Sequence record: MK327931.1 | From: Escherichia phage vB_EcoM_G17 | DNA: 64,000 bases | Strand: one strand, 5' to 3' | Shown here: piece by piece, positions 9,093 to 19,394 of the stretch | Position numbering within the stretch: position 1 is the stretch's first letter | Layout: every line of letters starts with the position of its first letter | Notes under the pieces: generated by a model | Told to the model about the DNA's origin: nothing | What the model saw: only the letters and a program-made list of their open reading frames with translations | Databases searched by the model: none | Translations under genes and position numbers: made by a program

Positions 9093-9513
9093 AAAATAAT
9101 ACCTTGATCATTTGTAATGTTTCTGACATTACATCAGCAGAAAATTGAACATCAGTGTATTTTACCATAGTACTTTGAGTAAAGAAAGTAGCTTCAATAT
9201 CTTCAAGGTCAAATGGTTCATCAAATAAATTAGTACTGAACATATCAGTTTTTTTCTTATAAGTCAACATAAACTTAGCACTGTATCTCAATACAATTTC
9301 ATCTTTACTTACTAAAATTCGTGCAATGTTCTGTCTACCCAGTGTTGTAATGTTAACATTAAACGTATTCTTTCGTGCCTCAACAATATCAACGAAATAA
9401 CCATCACCTTGGTAAACGTTATGACGAACTTCTAATCCTTGTTGAACTGTATTGAACAGTGCGTCCTGGATAAAATAATTTGCAGTATCGATGTTTCCTA
9501 AAATATCTAACAT
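9040..9513 (-). CDS. family A paralog (degenerate core); function unknown
   Basis: core EATFFTQSTMV; array position. Confidence 0.6.
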   Translation of the reverse strand: MLDILGNIDTANYFIQDALFNTVQQGLEVRHNVYQGDGYFVDIVEARKNTFNVNITTLGRQNIARILVSKDEIVLRYSAKFMLTYKKKTDMFSTNLFDEPFDLEDIEATFFTQSTMVKYTDVQFSADVMSETLQMIKVLFYAFEQFREERNKVNNHR

Positions 9514-10043
9514 AACTTCTCCTTTATAGCTGTCATATTTAGAAGAAATTCAGTAAGCAATTCCTCCGTAACATGCTCTGTATACCAGAATATCACAATA
9601 TCTTTTGAAAGTCGTGTATTCATAAAAATATCTACTAACTCTTTGTAGAACTCTAGTGTTTCGAGATTTGTGAGAATTAACGAGTACTGAAAGAGTAATT
9701 CTTCCGTTAGATTAAATTCTGGATAAAGTAAATCATTGAACTCATGTGATGCAGTTTGAACTTTAATTTCTTTGAAGTTATTGGTTATACAACCGGAATA
9801 AATATTTCGGTGCAACTCTCTGTACAACGCAGCATAATCTATGAATTTTGCTTTAGGGTTAAAATCAAGAACACTTTCACCTTTATATGACAATCGGTGG
9901 AACGCCGAGAACATAGTCACTTCCCACGGTTGCTTAATATCTAGCTCAGTAATATCAATATTATTGGACAGAAGAACCGTAAAAATCTCACCAATCTTTA
10001 ATAGTAACTTAGTACGTGCCAGTGCTACCATCGGGTCAGTCAT
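9507..10043 (-). CDS. family A paralog; function unknown
   Basis: core TEELLFQYSLIL. Confidence 0.75.
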   Translation of the reverse strand: MTDPMVALARTKLLLKIGEIFTVLLSNNIDITELDIKQPWEVTMFSAFHRLSYKGESVLDFNPKAKFIDYAALYRELHRNIYSGCITNNFKEIKVQTASHEFNDLLYPEFNLTEELLFQYSLILTNLETLEFYKELVDIFMNTRLSKDIVIFWYTEHVTEELLTEFLLNMTAIKEKLC

Positions 10044-10456
10044 TATACACCTTCATATTCATCAAGAAAATCTTCGATAATCATTTCAGCTTCATCCATA
10101 TGCATAGCATCAACTTCAATGATGCGAACTTTAGATGCATCCCAAATCATAAAGCTAGGAACATTATCAGGCTCGTAGTCATTTTTGTACTGAACAGCAT
10201 CATAACCTTGAGCAGTGCAATTCTCAATAAGTGAACGCCACTCATCATCACTGCCTAAATCTTCACACAGAAGCACGTTATCAACATCAACTTCTAAGGT
10301 ATGCAAGTATACTGTACATGCGTCTACTACGTTCAGTGGGCTTCTCAGCTTGCGTAATGCAGCTTCCAAAGCACTGTGTTTACCTCCCATATGAAGACCA
10401 CCATACGGGATATAAAAGTTATCAATTTTTACAGTACTCGCATGATACAGTTTCAT
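10043..10456 (-). CDS. hypothetical protein (not family A)
   Basis: 137-aa ORF, N-term MKLYHASTVKIDNFYIPYGGLHMGG; no FQ core. Confidence 0.7.
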   Translation of the reverse strand: MKLYHASTVKIDNFYIPYGGLHMGGKHSALEAALRKLRSPLNVVDACTVYLHTLEVDVDNVLLCEDLGSDDEWRSLIENCTAQGYDAVQYKNDYEPDNVPSFMIWDASKVRIIEVDAMHMDEAEMIIEDFLDEYEGV

Positions 10457-10465
10457 ATTTCATTC

Positions 10466-11050
10466 CTATTTCAGTACTTTAGTCAATGCTTTCACAGCGG
10501 TTTCGAGTTGAGCATAGTCGTTAATTGTAAGGTAATGAATACCATGTGCCTTCATTTCAGCATCTATTTTACTATATAAATCAAACATGTCAAGGATATG
10601 ATTGTATGCATATGAAGTATTTGAAACACACAATTCTTGGAACAAACGTTCTTCCAAGTCATTCACAACTTCTCCATGAATGTCAAGTACTACACCATCT
10701 TTGTAAGTGTAGTACTCTTCACTCCACTCTTCAGAAAGTCGGAACAGTAACGGATTCCCGCCGAACACTTCCATGTCATAGGAATTTATCTCACTAAGTA
10801 GTGTTTCACCTGGTTCTGGTGTGAAGTCAAAATATGCGAGTGTTGTACCATCATAGTCCTTGAGTGATATACCAGTATGATTTAAGGTTACTTCACCATA
10901 ATTATTATTCTTGAACTTGATTTTGATATTAATCTCAATGTATTTTATTGTCTCATCATCACTGAAATTGTAATCAACTTTATACTTTTTCCAAAGAAGT
11001 TTGATATCTTTGAAGTACTTTAATTTACTTTCAATTTCTTTAAAGTCCAT
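10466..11050 (-). CDS. family A paralog; function unknown
   Basis: core LEERLFQELCVS. Confidence 0.7.
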   Translation of the reverse strand: MDFKEIESKLKYFKDIKLLWKKYKVDYNFSDDETIKYIEINIKIKFKNNNYGEVTLNHTGISLKDYDGTTLAYFDFTPEPGETLLSEINSYDMEVFGGNPLLFRLSEEWSEEYYTYKDGVVLDIHGEVVNDLEERLFQELCVSNTSYAYNHILDMFDLYSKIDAEMKAHGIHYLTINDYAQLETAVKALTKVLK

Positions 11051-11642
11051 CTGGAACCACCATTTCTTGAATGTGCTTACATTTTATATTTGCCATATTG
11101 GTATGTAATATAATGCTGTGTTTACGCAATGATTTTACTTTGTAGCACTCATTGAGTACTGAAATAATTCCCCATAACTCTTCTACACTAATAGTGATAG
11201 GTTCACTTGTACTCAGTTGCATCAGTGCTGCTTGAACATCATCTTTGTTATTAATAGTGAACTGGATTCCTCTTTTGAGAATTTTAGTTTTTGGATTGTA
11301 CTCAGCTAATACATCACCTTCTGGATAACCCTCATGAAGTAATAATGTTGTTTCAAAATCACCGCAGTTGAAGTTAATTTCATCATAATCAGGTACACAA
11401 ATGTTCCCTTCCCCGTACTCATTAGGTTCAGATTCTAGTGTTAAAATACGCTGAGTCTCATTGCTCAGGATGATAGAATCATTCCAGTACTGGGTAGTGA
11501 ATGCTCTACGTTTCTTTTGAAAGCACATACTCGACATTGAACCATACTTCTTGTATATGGACTTCTTGAACTCAATAGCAGCAGGAGCCACCTTGATAAC
11601 TTCACGAATTAAGTCAATAGCTTCTTGATAACTTTTTCTCAT
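11040..11642 (-). CDS. family A paralog (degenerate core); function unknown
   Basis: core-equivalent SVEELWGIISVL; array position. Confidence 0.55.
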   Translation of the reverse strand: MRKSYQEAIDLIREVIKVAPAAIEFKKSIYKKYGSMSSMCFQKKRRAFTTQYWNDSIILSNETQRILTLESEPNEYGEGNICVPDYDEINFNCGDFETTLLLHEGYPEGDVLAEYNPKTKILKRGIQFTINNKDDVQAALMQLSTSEPITISVEELWGIISVLNECYKVKSLRKHSIILHTNMANIKCKHIQEMVVPDGL

Positions 11643-12190
11643 TTATCGTATCCATATAAAATATGATCTAGTGTACTTTGTACTTCTTCATGAAAGAATG
11701 AAGGGTAAACTTGTATCAATTTATCTTTAAGTTCAAGGGAATGGCATAGTTCTAATGTTTTGTAACAATCCTCGTACTGTGCCAGATCATGTAATGTACT
11801 TAACTGAAAATGTTGTTCTTCGGAGTACAATAAATCATAAACCATATTATCGGATAAAAGATTAGATTTGATTGAAGGATCAAGTACTGTCTGGTGGTGA
11901 CCAACCCAAAAGATAGCTTTTGAGTTAATGTTATTACAACCCCATCCTTTCCCCATCTTTTGGTGAATAGCAAATACACAGGAATCATACAAATTAATGC
12001 TCAGACGTTCTTCGTCTGCATGGATAGTTACACCATCAATAGATAGTGTATATTTGAAATCCATAGCCCCCTCACTTCGTGCACGAGAACTAAAGACCAG
12101 ATATCGATGAATTATGGTATTGATTTTATCTGTCCATCCATCAACACATTTGGATGCACATAATGTAAAAAGATCATGATTGTAGTTCAT
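11639..12190 (-). CDS. family A paralog; function unknown
   Basis: core SEEQHFQLSTLHD. Confidence 0.75.
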   Translation of the reverse strand: MNYNHDLFTLCASKCVDGWTDKINTIIHRYLVFSSRARSEGAMDFKYTLSIDGVTIHADEERLSINLYDSCVFAIHQKMGKGWGCNNINSKAIFWVGHHQTVLDPSIKSNLLSDNMVYDLLYSEEQHFQLSTLHDLAQYEDCYKTLELCHSLELKDKLIQVYPSFFHEEVQSTLDHILYGYDK

Positions 12191-12220
12191 AAAATTCTCC
12201 TTTAGGACAATGTATCATAC

Positions 12221-12246
12221 AAAAATACCAGAGTCAACCCCTGGTA
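12221..12246 (-). terminator. rho-independent terminator overlapping a possible promoter
   Basis: TACCAG-9nt-CTGGTA followed by T5 on minus strand; loop carries TTGACT, 17 nt from TACATT. Confidence 0.55.
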
Positions 12247-12251
12247 CGAAT

Positions 12252-12833
12252 TTAATCCATCATAAGTGGGATAATTGCCCATATCTTTTTCATAATCATA
12301 TCTTCAGTAAAAACAAATGTTTTAGGAGCAGTATATGATATTGACACACCAAATGGAAGTTTGATTGCATCATCAATTATATTATGAATATCAAACCATG
12401 TTTTAACATAATCATACGGTGGAAGTTCATGAATTGTACTTAACTGAAAGTAATTCTCTTCACCAAAATCACTATATTCAATTTCACAAATTTTAGTGAA
12501 TTGATGATTCCATTTAGATATAATACTATTTTTATTATTGTACATAGTAGTTCTATGCATAAAACCATTTTTGCTAGTATGATTTGATATTACGTTTTCT
12601 TCAATGTCAGTATCTATTTTAAAATTCATATCAAAGTTGTAGTACGGACTTGACGATTCTTTGAATTTTAAATGTAAATTGCGATTGTTATTAATTTCAA
12701 TTTCAATACAAAACACATCTGAATCAAAACGATTAAACTTGTAATCGTTATCTTCCGGTAGATTCTGTATTTTTTTCATAATACTAAGCATAGGGTGTAC
12801 TACACTTTTAATAAAATCATTTGTTATTTTCAT
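12252..12833 (-). CDS. family A paralog; function unknown
   Basis: core GEENYFQLSTIHE. Confidence 0.75.
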   Translation of the reverse strand: MKITNDFIKSVVHPMLSIMKKIQNLPEDNDYKFNRFDSDVFCIEIEINNNRNLHLKFKESSSPYYNFDMNFKIDTDIEENVISNHTSKNGFMHRTTMYNNKNSIISKWNHQFTKICEIEYSDFGEENYFQLSTIHELPPYDYVKTWFDIHNIIDDAIKLPFGVSISYTAPKTFVFTEDMIMKKIWAIIPLMMD

Positions 12834-13326
12834 AGTATTCCTTTAGAACTTTATATGATTCAACAATACTATCTTGTGTATAATTTGAACTATATACAAC
12901 AGCACTTGTTTTAGTTGACCATAGATATGACATAAAGGTTATAACACTACTACATGGACTTAATGTATTGTTTTGAAATTCAATTTCTTCAATGTTATCA
13001 GTACTGGTATAGATGAATTGGAAAGTACCCATTGATTTATTGGACAGCGATACTATAGTAGAATCCGTACCAGGACTATACATGAATGTCTCATTACTAA
13101 TTGAACTATCATTAGTATATGATGGTTTGGGAATATAAATCAAACGCATGATATCGCGTTCAAGACCTGACTTATTACTTTCCACCAAAGAAATCATATC
13201 TATATTTGATATATGTTCAACACTGACATGGAACTTTTTGTCGAGAATCACATCTCCATGAGAATTTTTATATGAAGACAAAATCTCATACATCTCAACT
13301 AATTCGCGTGCATTTAATAAACTCAT
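12817..13326 (-). CDS. family A paralog; function unknown
   Basis: core IEEIEFQNNTLS. Confidence 0.7.
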   Translation of the reverse strand: MSLLNARELVEMYEILSSYKNSHGDVILDKKFHVSVEHISNIDMISLVESNKSGLERDIMRLIYIPKPSYTNDSSISNETFMYSPGTDSTIVSLSNKSMGTFQFIYTSTDNIEEIEFQNNTLSPCSSVITFMSYLWSTKTSAVVYSSNYTQDSIVESYKVLKEYYENNK

Positions 13327-13751
13327 GTTTTGTCTCTTAATGAAAGAATATCCTTAGTATAAACTGAAACAGAAATATGATTATATTTCATCATTAATTT
13401 ATACACATAAGAAGCTAGTACTAAATCGTAAATTAATTTAGTATTATACAGTACTTGGTATTGTAACGCAAGTGAATCAATATCATCTTTACTTTCAATA
13501 TCCAGAAATGTACCGAAAAATGTAGTACCGTAGAGATGAAAAGTGGAATTAATGCAATCAATGCATTCATTGTCCAATAGAGTAGATGCTGATGCCCTCG
13601 GTGAATCCCAAATAGTCACTGCGTGTATGCCCTCAACGAACAAATCTATCCATATTTTGTGTCGTTGTCTTTTTTTTGTTTTATAATTTTCTGGATTTGA
13701 AAGTGTAGTTTCAATTATATCCCATATGTACAAACAATCATCTCTTGTCAT
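13323..13751 (-). CDS. family A paralog (degenerate core); function unknown
   Basis: core-equivalent DSLALQYQVLYN. Confidence 0.55.
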   Translation of the reverse strand: MTRDDCLYIWDIIETTLSNPENYKTKKRQRHKIWIDLFVEGIHAVTIWDSPRASASTLLDNECIDCINSTFHLYGTTFFGTFLDIESKDDIDSLALQYQVLYNTKLIYDLVLASYVYKLMMKYNHISVSVYTKDILSLRDKT

Positions 13752-14329
13752 TATATAACCTTATCCATTGCTGCATTTAATGCTTTTAAACGATCTACAT
13801 TCAAATTATTGAAGATGTACGTTCCTAACATGTGGAAATCGAACTGGTTCTTTTTGTATTCATGATAAATTAAACTACAAAAAATAATAGTACTAAGAAC
13901 CTCTTCAGGTATAACAGTGCTCATCTGGAACAGTTCTTCTTCAACTGTACTTGAATCTGGATTGATAGATTTTAACACATACTCTTCATCACCGAATAGT
14001 ACTTTAATATTATATAAAACACCAACAGTACTAATATGGAATGGGTGGTGTGAAAAACTTCCATCATCCTTAATTTGTATATCGGTTCTAATCTCACACT
14101 CTTCATTACTTTTACTTTTATTTTTTACAATACAAATATTTCTGGCCCCAGAAATAGTAAGAATACCGTGGTCGTAATATTCATTTGACCAACATTTGGA
14201 TGAAATTGATACATCACGGATGAGATATTGTTTTTCAATTTCTTTCGCACTACCAACAATTGATAGCATTTTTTTACTGATATCATATAATAACTGATGG
14301 CGTTCTGTCATATAACTATAAGCGTTCAT
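13751..14329 (-). CDS. family A paralog; function unknown
   Basis: core EEELFQMSTVIP. Confidence 0.75.
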   Translation of the reverse strand: MNAYSYMTERHQLLYDISKKMLSIVGSAKEIEKQYLIRDVSISSKCWSNEYYDHGILTISGARNICIVKNKSKSNEECEIRTDIQIKDDGSFSHHPFHISTVGVLYNIKVLFGDEEYVLKSINPDSSTVEEELFQMSTVIPEEVLSTIIFCSLIYHEYKKNQFDFHMLGTYIFNNLNVDRLKALNAAMDKVI

Positions 14330-14900
14330 ATTTTTCCTTAACAGATTCTATATTTTGAAGTAGTGTATTCAGAACATCAGTCTTGCAATTGATAAAATCA
14401 TTGTACATAACTAGTTCACCACAATCAAGAATTTTTGCAGTATCGTAACAAAGCATTAAGTACTCGAATTCTTTGTAATTGTCCAACAAGGATTTCTGGA
14501 AAATGAATGCATCTCGAATATCTTCACTTTGGTCTAATTCTGGTGGAACATCCAACCCAATAAATCCATCATCTTCACTGAAATTAGATTCTACAATTTT
14601 ATTCATTTTTTCATGTAATGCATTCGCAAATACCATATTAGAAGAAATAGAACCAATACGTTCACGATTTCTGGATGTGCGAATGTACATAGTAATCGTA
14701 TCCCATGAACTTTTAATTTTTTTAGAAAATTCATAAGTTTTATATACATCCAACTGAACTGATCCAAAACGATGTTTGGATTTGTTTTCAATTTTCAGTC
14801 GATAATCATCAAATTCAACAATTTCTGTAATGTCATGAATCTCTGAAAGTTCTGCAATGTCATGCATGAGTCTCAAAATTTTAGTTCTGATATGGTTCAT
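14316..14900 (-). CDS. family A paralog; function unknown
   Basis: core RDAFIFQKSLLD. Confidence 0.7.
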   Translation of the reverse strand: MNHIRTKILRLMHDIAELSEIHDITEIVEFDDYRLKIENKSKHRFGSVQLDVYKTYEFSKKIKSSWDTITMYIRTSRNRERIGSISSNMVFANALHEKMNKIVESNFSEDDGFIGLDVPPELDQSEDIRDAFIFQKSLLDNYKEFEYLMLCYDTAKILDCGELVMYNDFINCKTDVLNTLLQNIESVKEKYERL

Positions 14901-15463
14901 TGTGCATCCTCGAATTTAACAGGTACATGTTCATTAATGAAATTCTTAAGAGCCTGTACTAAATCCTCTAATTCTTTTGTACTGTATTTTAAAATAGTTT
15001 TAAAGTGAATCAAATCTTTTCTTTCCATGATCTTTGGAATTTTATATGCTAACTCTAAACAGCGTACAGTACTGGCATCATACAAAAGGTTTGCGTTGAA
15101 CATTAGAACATTGTATTCATCAGATGAAATTTTATAATTATATGTATCAATCACTTCATGTGTGTATAAATTCTTATACACAATTTTATTCTCACTGAAG
15201 TTTGAGCAAACACACAGATGATCGTTGTAAAATGAAGAACGATAATCTTGTTTACGTTGTACATCTGCTATGATTTGTAATACTGTATATTTTTCTTCAG
15301 AATCCAACTCAATGTTTGCATAACTGCTCGCAGTTTCAGATACAAGGATATTGATGTTATATTTCTCATTAACTTTAATGTACTGGCGTGAGCCAGTATC
15401 AGGAATGAACTTAAAACAATGCTTCAGAAGTAATGTGACTTCTTTAATTAATTCAGTACTCAT
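14897..15463 (-). CDS. family A paralog (degenerate core); function unknown
   Basis: trimmed to ATG 15463 after GGAGGAA; core-equivalent EYNVLMFNANLLYD. Confidence 0.6.
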   Translation of the reverse strand: MSTELIKEVTLLLKHCFKFIPDTGSRQYIKVNEKYNINILVSETASSYANIELDSEEKYTVLQIIADVQRKQDYRSSFYNDHLCVCSNFSENKIVYKNLYTHEVIDTYNYKISSDEYNVLMFNANLLYDASTVRCLELAYKIPKIMERKDLIHFKTILKYSTKELEDLVQALKNFINEHVPVKFEDAQ

Positions 15464-15490
15464 AGATTCCTCCAACTCTAGTTAAAATCA

Positions 15491-15519
15491 AGTATAACAC
15501 ACCTGAATGCTCTTGTAAA
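15491..15519 (-). promoter_or_regulatory. sigma70-like promoter inside the family A array
   Basis: -35 TTTACA (15514-19), 17-nt spacer, -10 TATACT (15491-96). Confidence 0.6.
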
Positions 15520-15530
15520 GCCATAAACAC

Positions 15531-15550
15531 AAAAAGACCCATACGGGTCT
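15531..15550 (-). terminator. rho-independent terminator
   Basis: AGACCC-4nt-GGGTCT followed by T5 on minus strand directly after stop of 15551..16117. Confidence 0.7.
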
Positions 15551-16117
15551 TTATTTTGGTAAAACACTGTCGATGTACGCTAGAACCTCATCTCGAAGGT
15601 ACGTTCCATCTATAGTTAGGTAATAGTTCATGGGAATATCACTCCCAACCTTCTCATAAATTTTCATACATGATATCACATCTTCATCACAAATGGTACT
15701 CAATTGAAAAATAACTTCATCGGTTAACGGTACGATATCATGTTTAGATAGGGGATTTGTATTTTCATTCAACACAATATTAATCAAGTTAGGAGTATTC
15801 TTTGACGAAATATAACGATGCTTACTACGAATTACCATTCTCGATAGTGAAATACTGGAACTCCATCTTGGATCAACATCTTCATATGATAACGATATTA
15901 ACATCTCGTGAAAATCTTGAAATTTCATTGACGCATAATATGTTTTATCCTCACCGTACATACCAAATGATTTAAATTCAATATCCCCCACTTTGTATGT
16001 ATCGACATCATTATTTGAGAACTTTATTAAACTATTAATTAGTCTAATTAGAATATCATCTTTATCCATTCTTAAATAACTCCAAGTGCATGTCGTATAA
16101 ATCTCTGAAGTCTTCAT
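15551..16117 (-). CDS. family A paralog; function unknown
   Basis: core TDEVIFQLSTICD; start possibly the internal MDKDDIL. Confidence 0.75.
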   Translation of the reverse strand: MKTSEIYTTCTWSYLRMDKDDILIRLINSLIKFSNNDVDTYKVGDIEFKSFGMYGEDKTYYASMKFQDFHEMLISLSYEDVDPRWSSSISLSRMVIRSKHRYISSKNTPNLINIVLNENTNPLSKHDIVPLTDEVIFQLSTICDEDVISCMKIYEKVGSDIPMNYYLTIDGTYLRDEVLAYIDSVLPK

Positions 16118-16625
16118 AGAAATCTTTTTCTTCGAGAATATTCTTTAAACTGGGAATCTCTTCCATAATTTCATCTATATCTGATTCTATGAAAAATCCT
16201 GATGGATTATCGTAGTTTTGTAACAGATAACTGAAAGTAATAATGTAAAGAAGTTCATTAGGATTGTGAATTAAACTTAGCTGGAACATAGCTGATTCTA
16301 AATCTGATTCAGTACTAAGATCAACCCAACGTGAATTTCTATAATCAATTCGTACTTGACTTGTATTTGGATTCCATGTGAAGCAATGTGTACCAATATG
16401 ACCTATACAACCAACCCTTGTACTGTCTCCGGTATCAACACTGATATCAACAAATAGTTCAATACCGATATCGGTTGATGTTACACGACCTTTTTTCAGA
16501 AATAAATCATTATCCTTACGAAATTGTTTGGATGAAAGAGTGTCAATGATGCACATCAATGTTTTTGCAAATGCAACACAATGACGAAATTCAAGCCTAT
16601 GAAATTGGTAATCATTGATATTCAT
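16062..16625 (-). CDS. family A paralog; function unknown
   Basis: core LESAMFQLSLIHN. Confidence 0.75.
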   Translation of the reverse strand: MNINDYQFHRLEFRHCVAFAKTLMCIIDTLSSKQFRKDNDLFLKKGRVTSTDIGIELFVDISVDTGDSTRVGCIGHIGTHCFTWNPNTSQVRIDYRNSRWVDLSTESDLESAMFQLSLIHNPNELLYIITFSYLLQNYDNPSGFFIESDIDEIMEEIPSLKNILEEKDFYEDFRDLYDMHLELFKNG

Positions 16626-17164
16626 AATTCAACCCTCAATATTTTATCAGCAATAGATATAACCTTATCATTGAATACATTACCAATCTCAATCCTTATA
16701 TACATAGCAGGTGGAATCTTTCCTTGTAGTGAATAATATGTTTGTATACCTAAGTACTCATTATCTGATAATGAAAATTTGATTCTCTCCATATCAATGT
16801 CTGTTACTGGTAAATCTATCATTTCATAATGGTAGTCAACGTTTTCATTGTATATTTTATCGAAGTAATTTGAATAATCACTACTAATGTAGATGCTATC
16901 ATCACGAATAATTACTTTATAATCAGAAGGTTCAAATTTATCTTTACAGGAAAAGAATGCATCATCTATTTTCTCTTCTCTTATGCCAAATAACATTCTA
17001 CCATCATATTTTACATCAAGAATACTACCTAGTATATTAATGGTACAATGCTCATCAATATTATGATGTAATGAACGTTTTTTGTATTTTGGGTTAATGA
17101 AAATTTTCATTAATTTTATACAAATTTCAGTAATGCATTTTACATTCTCATTTTCTATGTACAT
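16622..17164 (-). CDS. family A paralog (degenerate core); function unknown
   Basis: core-equivalent MERIKFSLSDNE. Confidence 0.55.
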   Translation of the reverse strand: MYIENENVKCITEICIKLMKIFINPKYKKRSLHHNIDEHCTINILGSILDVKYDGRMLFGIREEKIDDAFFSCKDKFEPSDYKVIIRDDSIYISSDYSNYFDKIYNENVDYHYEMIDLPVTDIDMERIKFSLSDNEYLGIQTYYSLQGKIPPAMYIRIEIGNVFNDKVISIADKILRVEL

Positions 17165-17651
17165 TAAAAGCCCTCTTTAATTCTTTTACATTTTTAATGA
17201 ATACTTTCATTGCAGAAATCTCAAAAGATAATGTATTAAATTTGCAGTACTTTTTAAAGTACGACATAATATATAACATTTTGAGTTCTTTTTCTGTATA
17301 AATTAAACTGTTTTGAAAGTAACTTTCTTCGGAAATGTCCGTAAGAAAAGAATAAAATGTATTTTGCTTGTGCACAATTTTAATACTATCAGACCAAGAT
17401 TTGTATGAAACGTAATCAGTACGTGCAAAATCATATAGTGAATTAGATGTATCTGTGTATGTTTCCGAGAACACAATCTTATATATCTTATCTTGAATTC
17501 GAGAACATATGTACCTATGGTCATCTGTCTCACTGATTGCAATGTATCTATGGAGTAAATCTTTATGAGCATTGATGAACTCAAACACTTCTAAACACTC
17601 CCTAGCGAACTTCATAGTTTCTCTGTACTTTCGGTTCATTAGTCTCTCCAA
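17148..17651 (-). CDS. family A paralog; function unknown
   Basis: core SEESYFQNSLIYT. Confidence 0.75.
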   Translation of the reverse strand: MERLMNRKYRETMKFARECLEVFEFINAHKDLLHRYIAISETDDHRYICSRIQDKIYKIVFSETYTDTSNSLYDFARTDYVSYKSWSDSIKIVHKQNTFYSFLTDISEESYFQNSLIYTEKELKMLYIMSYFKKYCKFNTLSFEISAMKVFIKNVKELKRAFNVHRK

Positions 17652-18052
17652 ACTTTACCAGGGAAGTGTTTCTCGTAGTACTCATCATCACTTAACATAT
17701 AATCAGGAGTTTCTACTTCTATGGTTTTGAAGATTGTTTCTGGAATGTGTGTGACTTTATTGGGTTGTACTTTATGTTCGCGTAAAACCTTCTGTATCGC
17801 TCCTAGACGTTGTAAATCGATACATGTAGGAAAGACTAAGCTGTACTGAAATAACTCATCAGGGGTCATTATAGACACATCTTTAGCTTGTTTGATTTGA
17901 TAATTAGTACTAATGAATATATCAAATCCTTGTACAGCATTATAGCTTACATAGGTTGTTTTATTTTTGTCAATAGGAGCACTTAAACGATATCCATATA
18001 TCCCGTGTTGGTCAACAACACAACGTTGCATAATTTTAATCATTTCTAACAT
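17639..18052 (-). CDS. family A paralog; function unknown
   Basis: core TPDELFQYSLVFP. Confidence 0.75.
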   Translation of the reverse strand: MLEMIKIMQRCVVDQHGIYGYRLSAPIDKNKTTYVSYNAVQGFDIFISTNYQIKQAKDVSIMTPDELFQYSLVFPTCIDLQRLGAIQKVLREHKVQPNKVTHIPETIFKTIEVETPDYMLSDDEYYEKHFPGKVWRD

Positions 18053-18398
18053 AATTTACCTCATATGTATTGTAACACCACGGTTTAACAATATCGATTT
18101 GTATATCATTTGCTTCATGAAAATGTTTAAGTACCTTCTGGTATTCCATTATTTCGTACACATCTTCAGTACTGATAGTGCTCTGCTGAAACAATTCCTC
18201 TTCTGATAAAGTACTATAATCAGGGATTTTTATTTCTGAATATATATCATTTATCTTTCCATTATATTGATAAATCTGGATATAAAATTGATTGTATTCT
18301 GGAATATAGGTCACATAATGGTTGTGGTTGATTACATATCTTGAAACAAAGTATTCAGTACCATCAGTCATGTACTGAATTGTTGTCGTATTTTTCAT
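18036..18398 (-). CDS. family A paralog (short form); function unknown
   Basis: core SEEELFQQSTIST. Confidence 0.75.
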   Translation of the reverse strand: MKNTTTIQYMTDGTEYFVSRYVINHNHYVTYIPEYNQFYIQIYQYNGKINDIYSEIKIPDYSTLSEEELFQQSTISTEDVYEIMEYQKVLKHFHEANDIQIDIVKPWCYNTYEVNYVRND

Positions 18399-18858
18399 TC
18401 AAATAATCCACGCATTTATAGTATACTACTAAATCTAAAAAGAATCGTTGTTTGTATTTGTAATGATGAAGTAGTGCACCATAAAATAACATAGCATTAA
18501 GTACTTTTACATCATGAATACAAGAACCCTGAAAGTACATTTCCTCTGACATGAACACTAAATCATCATACTTAACAAATACTGCTTCTCTATAATTGTC
18601 AATATTAATCTTCAAATCAGACCCAGGGCAATATGAAATGTATCCGGCTTTGTAATGAAAGTCATTGTCATCAAAGTACTCGGCATAGATTTGATTACCT
18701 CTTTCATTAGTAAACGCAAGTCTTCCTTTGGATGAACTAAACTCATCGTATTCGAACATACCACCAAATGGGTCAGGACTTCTGAACTCCTTTGCAATGC
18801 GATAGATATTTTCTGCAAATTCTAAAACACCATCGTAATCATATTCTGTAGTAATCAT
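18364..18858 (-). CDS. family A paralog; function unknown
   Basis: core SEEMYFQGSCIHD. Confidence 0.75.
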   Translation of the reverse strand: MITTEYDYDGVLEFAENIYRIAKEFRSPDPFGGMFEYDEFSSSKGRLAFTNERGNQIYAEYFDDNDFHYKAGYISYCPGSDLKINIDNYREAVFVKYDDLVFMSEEMYFQGSCIHDVKVLNAMLFYGALLHHYKYKQRFFLDLVVYYKCVDYLNEKYDNNSVHD

Positions 18859-19331
18859 AAACCATTTTTCTCCAGGTACTCAATAATACAATCGAGATTG
18901 TTCAGGTCCAAGTAGAAATGATCACTATCTGAATTTAGTTCATTTTTAAGGGCAGTGTAAATCACTGAACTGAAAACAATCCTCTCTGGATACACAGTAC
19001 TGTACTGGAAGAACTCTTCTTCAGTGTTAATTTCAGCCGTATCAAATCCTTCATTTATAAGATGATGATTGTAGTATTTGAAATTATCTGAACTTGGGAA
19101 ATGGTATGAAATAAAATCACCACTTGGTACTTCATCAAGCACTCTAATACTACAAGTTGATTCATCTGAACTATAGAGTAACCCATCCATAAAGGAAAGG
19201 TATCCATTTCGTTTTTTGACTGTATGTTTGCCTACGGAAAAATCTTCAGTAACATTTGTAAGGAATTTATAAACCCTGATAATGTCTTTTGCTATTTTTT
19301 GTGCATTGCTAAATGATAGGTCTTTGGACAT
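18855..19331 (-). CDS. family A paralog; function unknown
   Basis: core TEEEFFQYSTVYP. Confidence 0.75.
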   Translation of the reverse strand: MSKDLSFSNAQKIAKDIIRVYKFLTNVTEDFSVGKHTVKKRNGYLSFMDGLLYSSDESTCSIRVLDEVPSGDFISYHFPSSDNFKYYNHHLINEGFDTAEINTEEEFFQYSTVYPERIVFSSVIYTALKNELNSDSDHFYLDLNNLDCIIEYLEKNGL

Positions 19332-19364
19332 TGTGATATAACCCTTTACAATTAATATAAAGAG

Positions 19365-19394
19365 ATTATATCACAAAGAATCGGAGGGTGTCAA
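19365..19394 (-). promoter_or_regulatory. sigma70-like promoter inside the family A array
   Basis: -35 TTGACA (19389-94, overlapping the stop of the upstream gene), 18-nt spacer, -10 TATAAT (19365-70). Confidence 0.6.

Noticed and set aside
10043-10456. N-terminus MKLYHAS..GGLHMGG, vaguely reminiscent of ADP-ribosyltransferase-like phage domains
   Set aside because: I could not identify a catalytic triad or signature with confidence. It is left as hypothetical.
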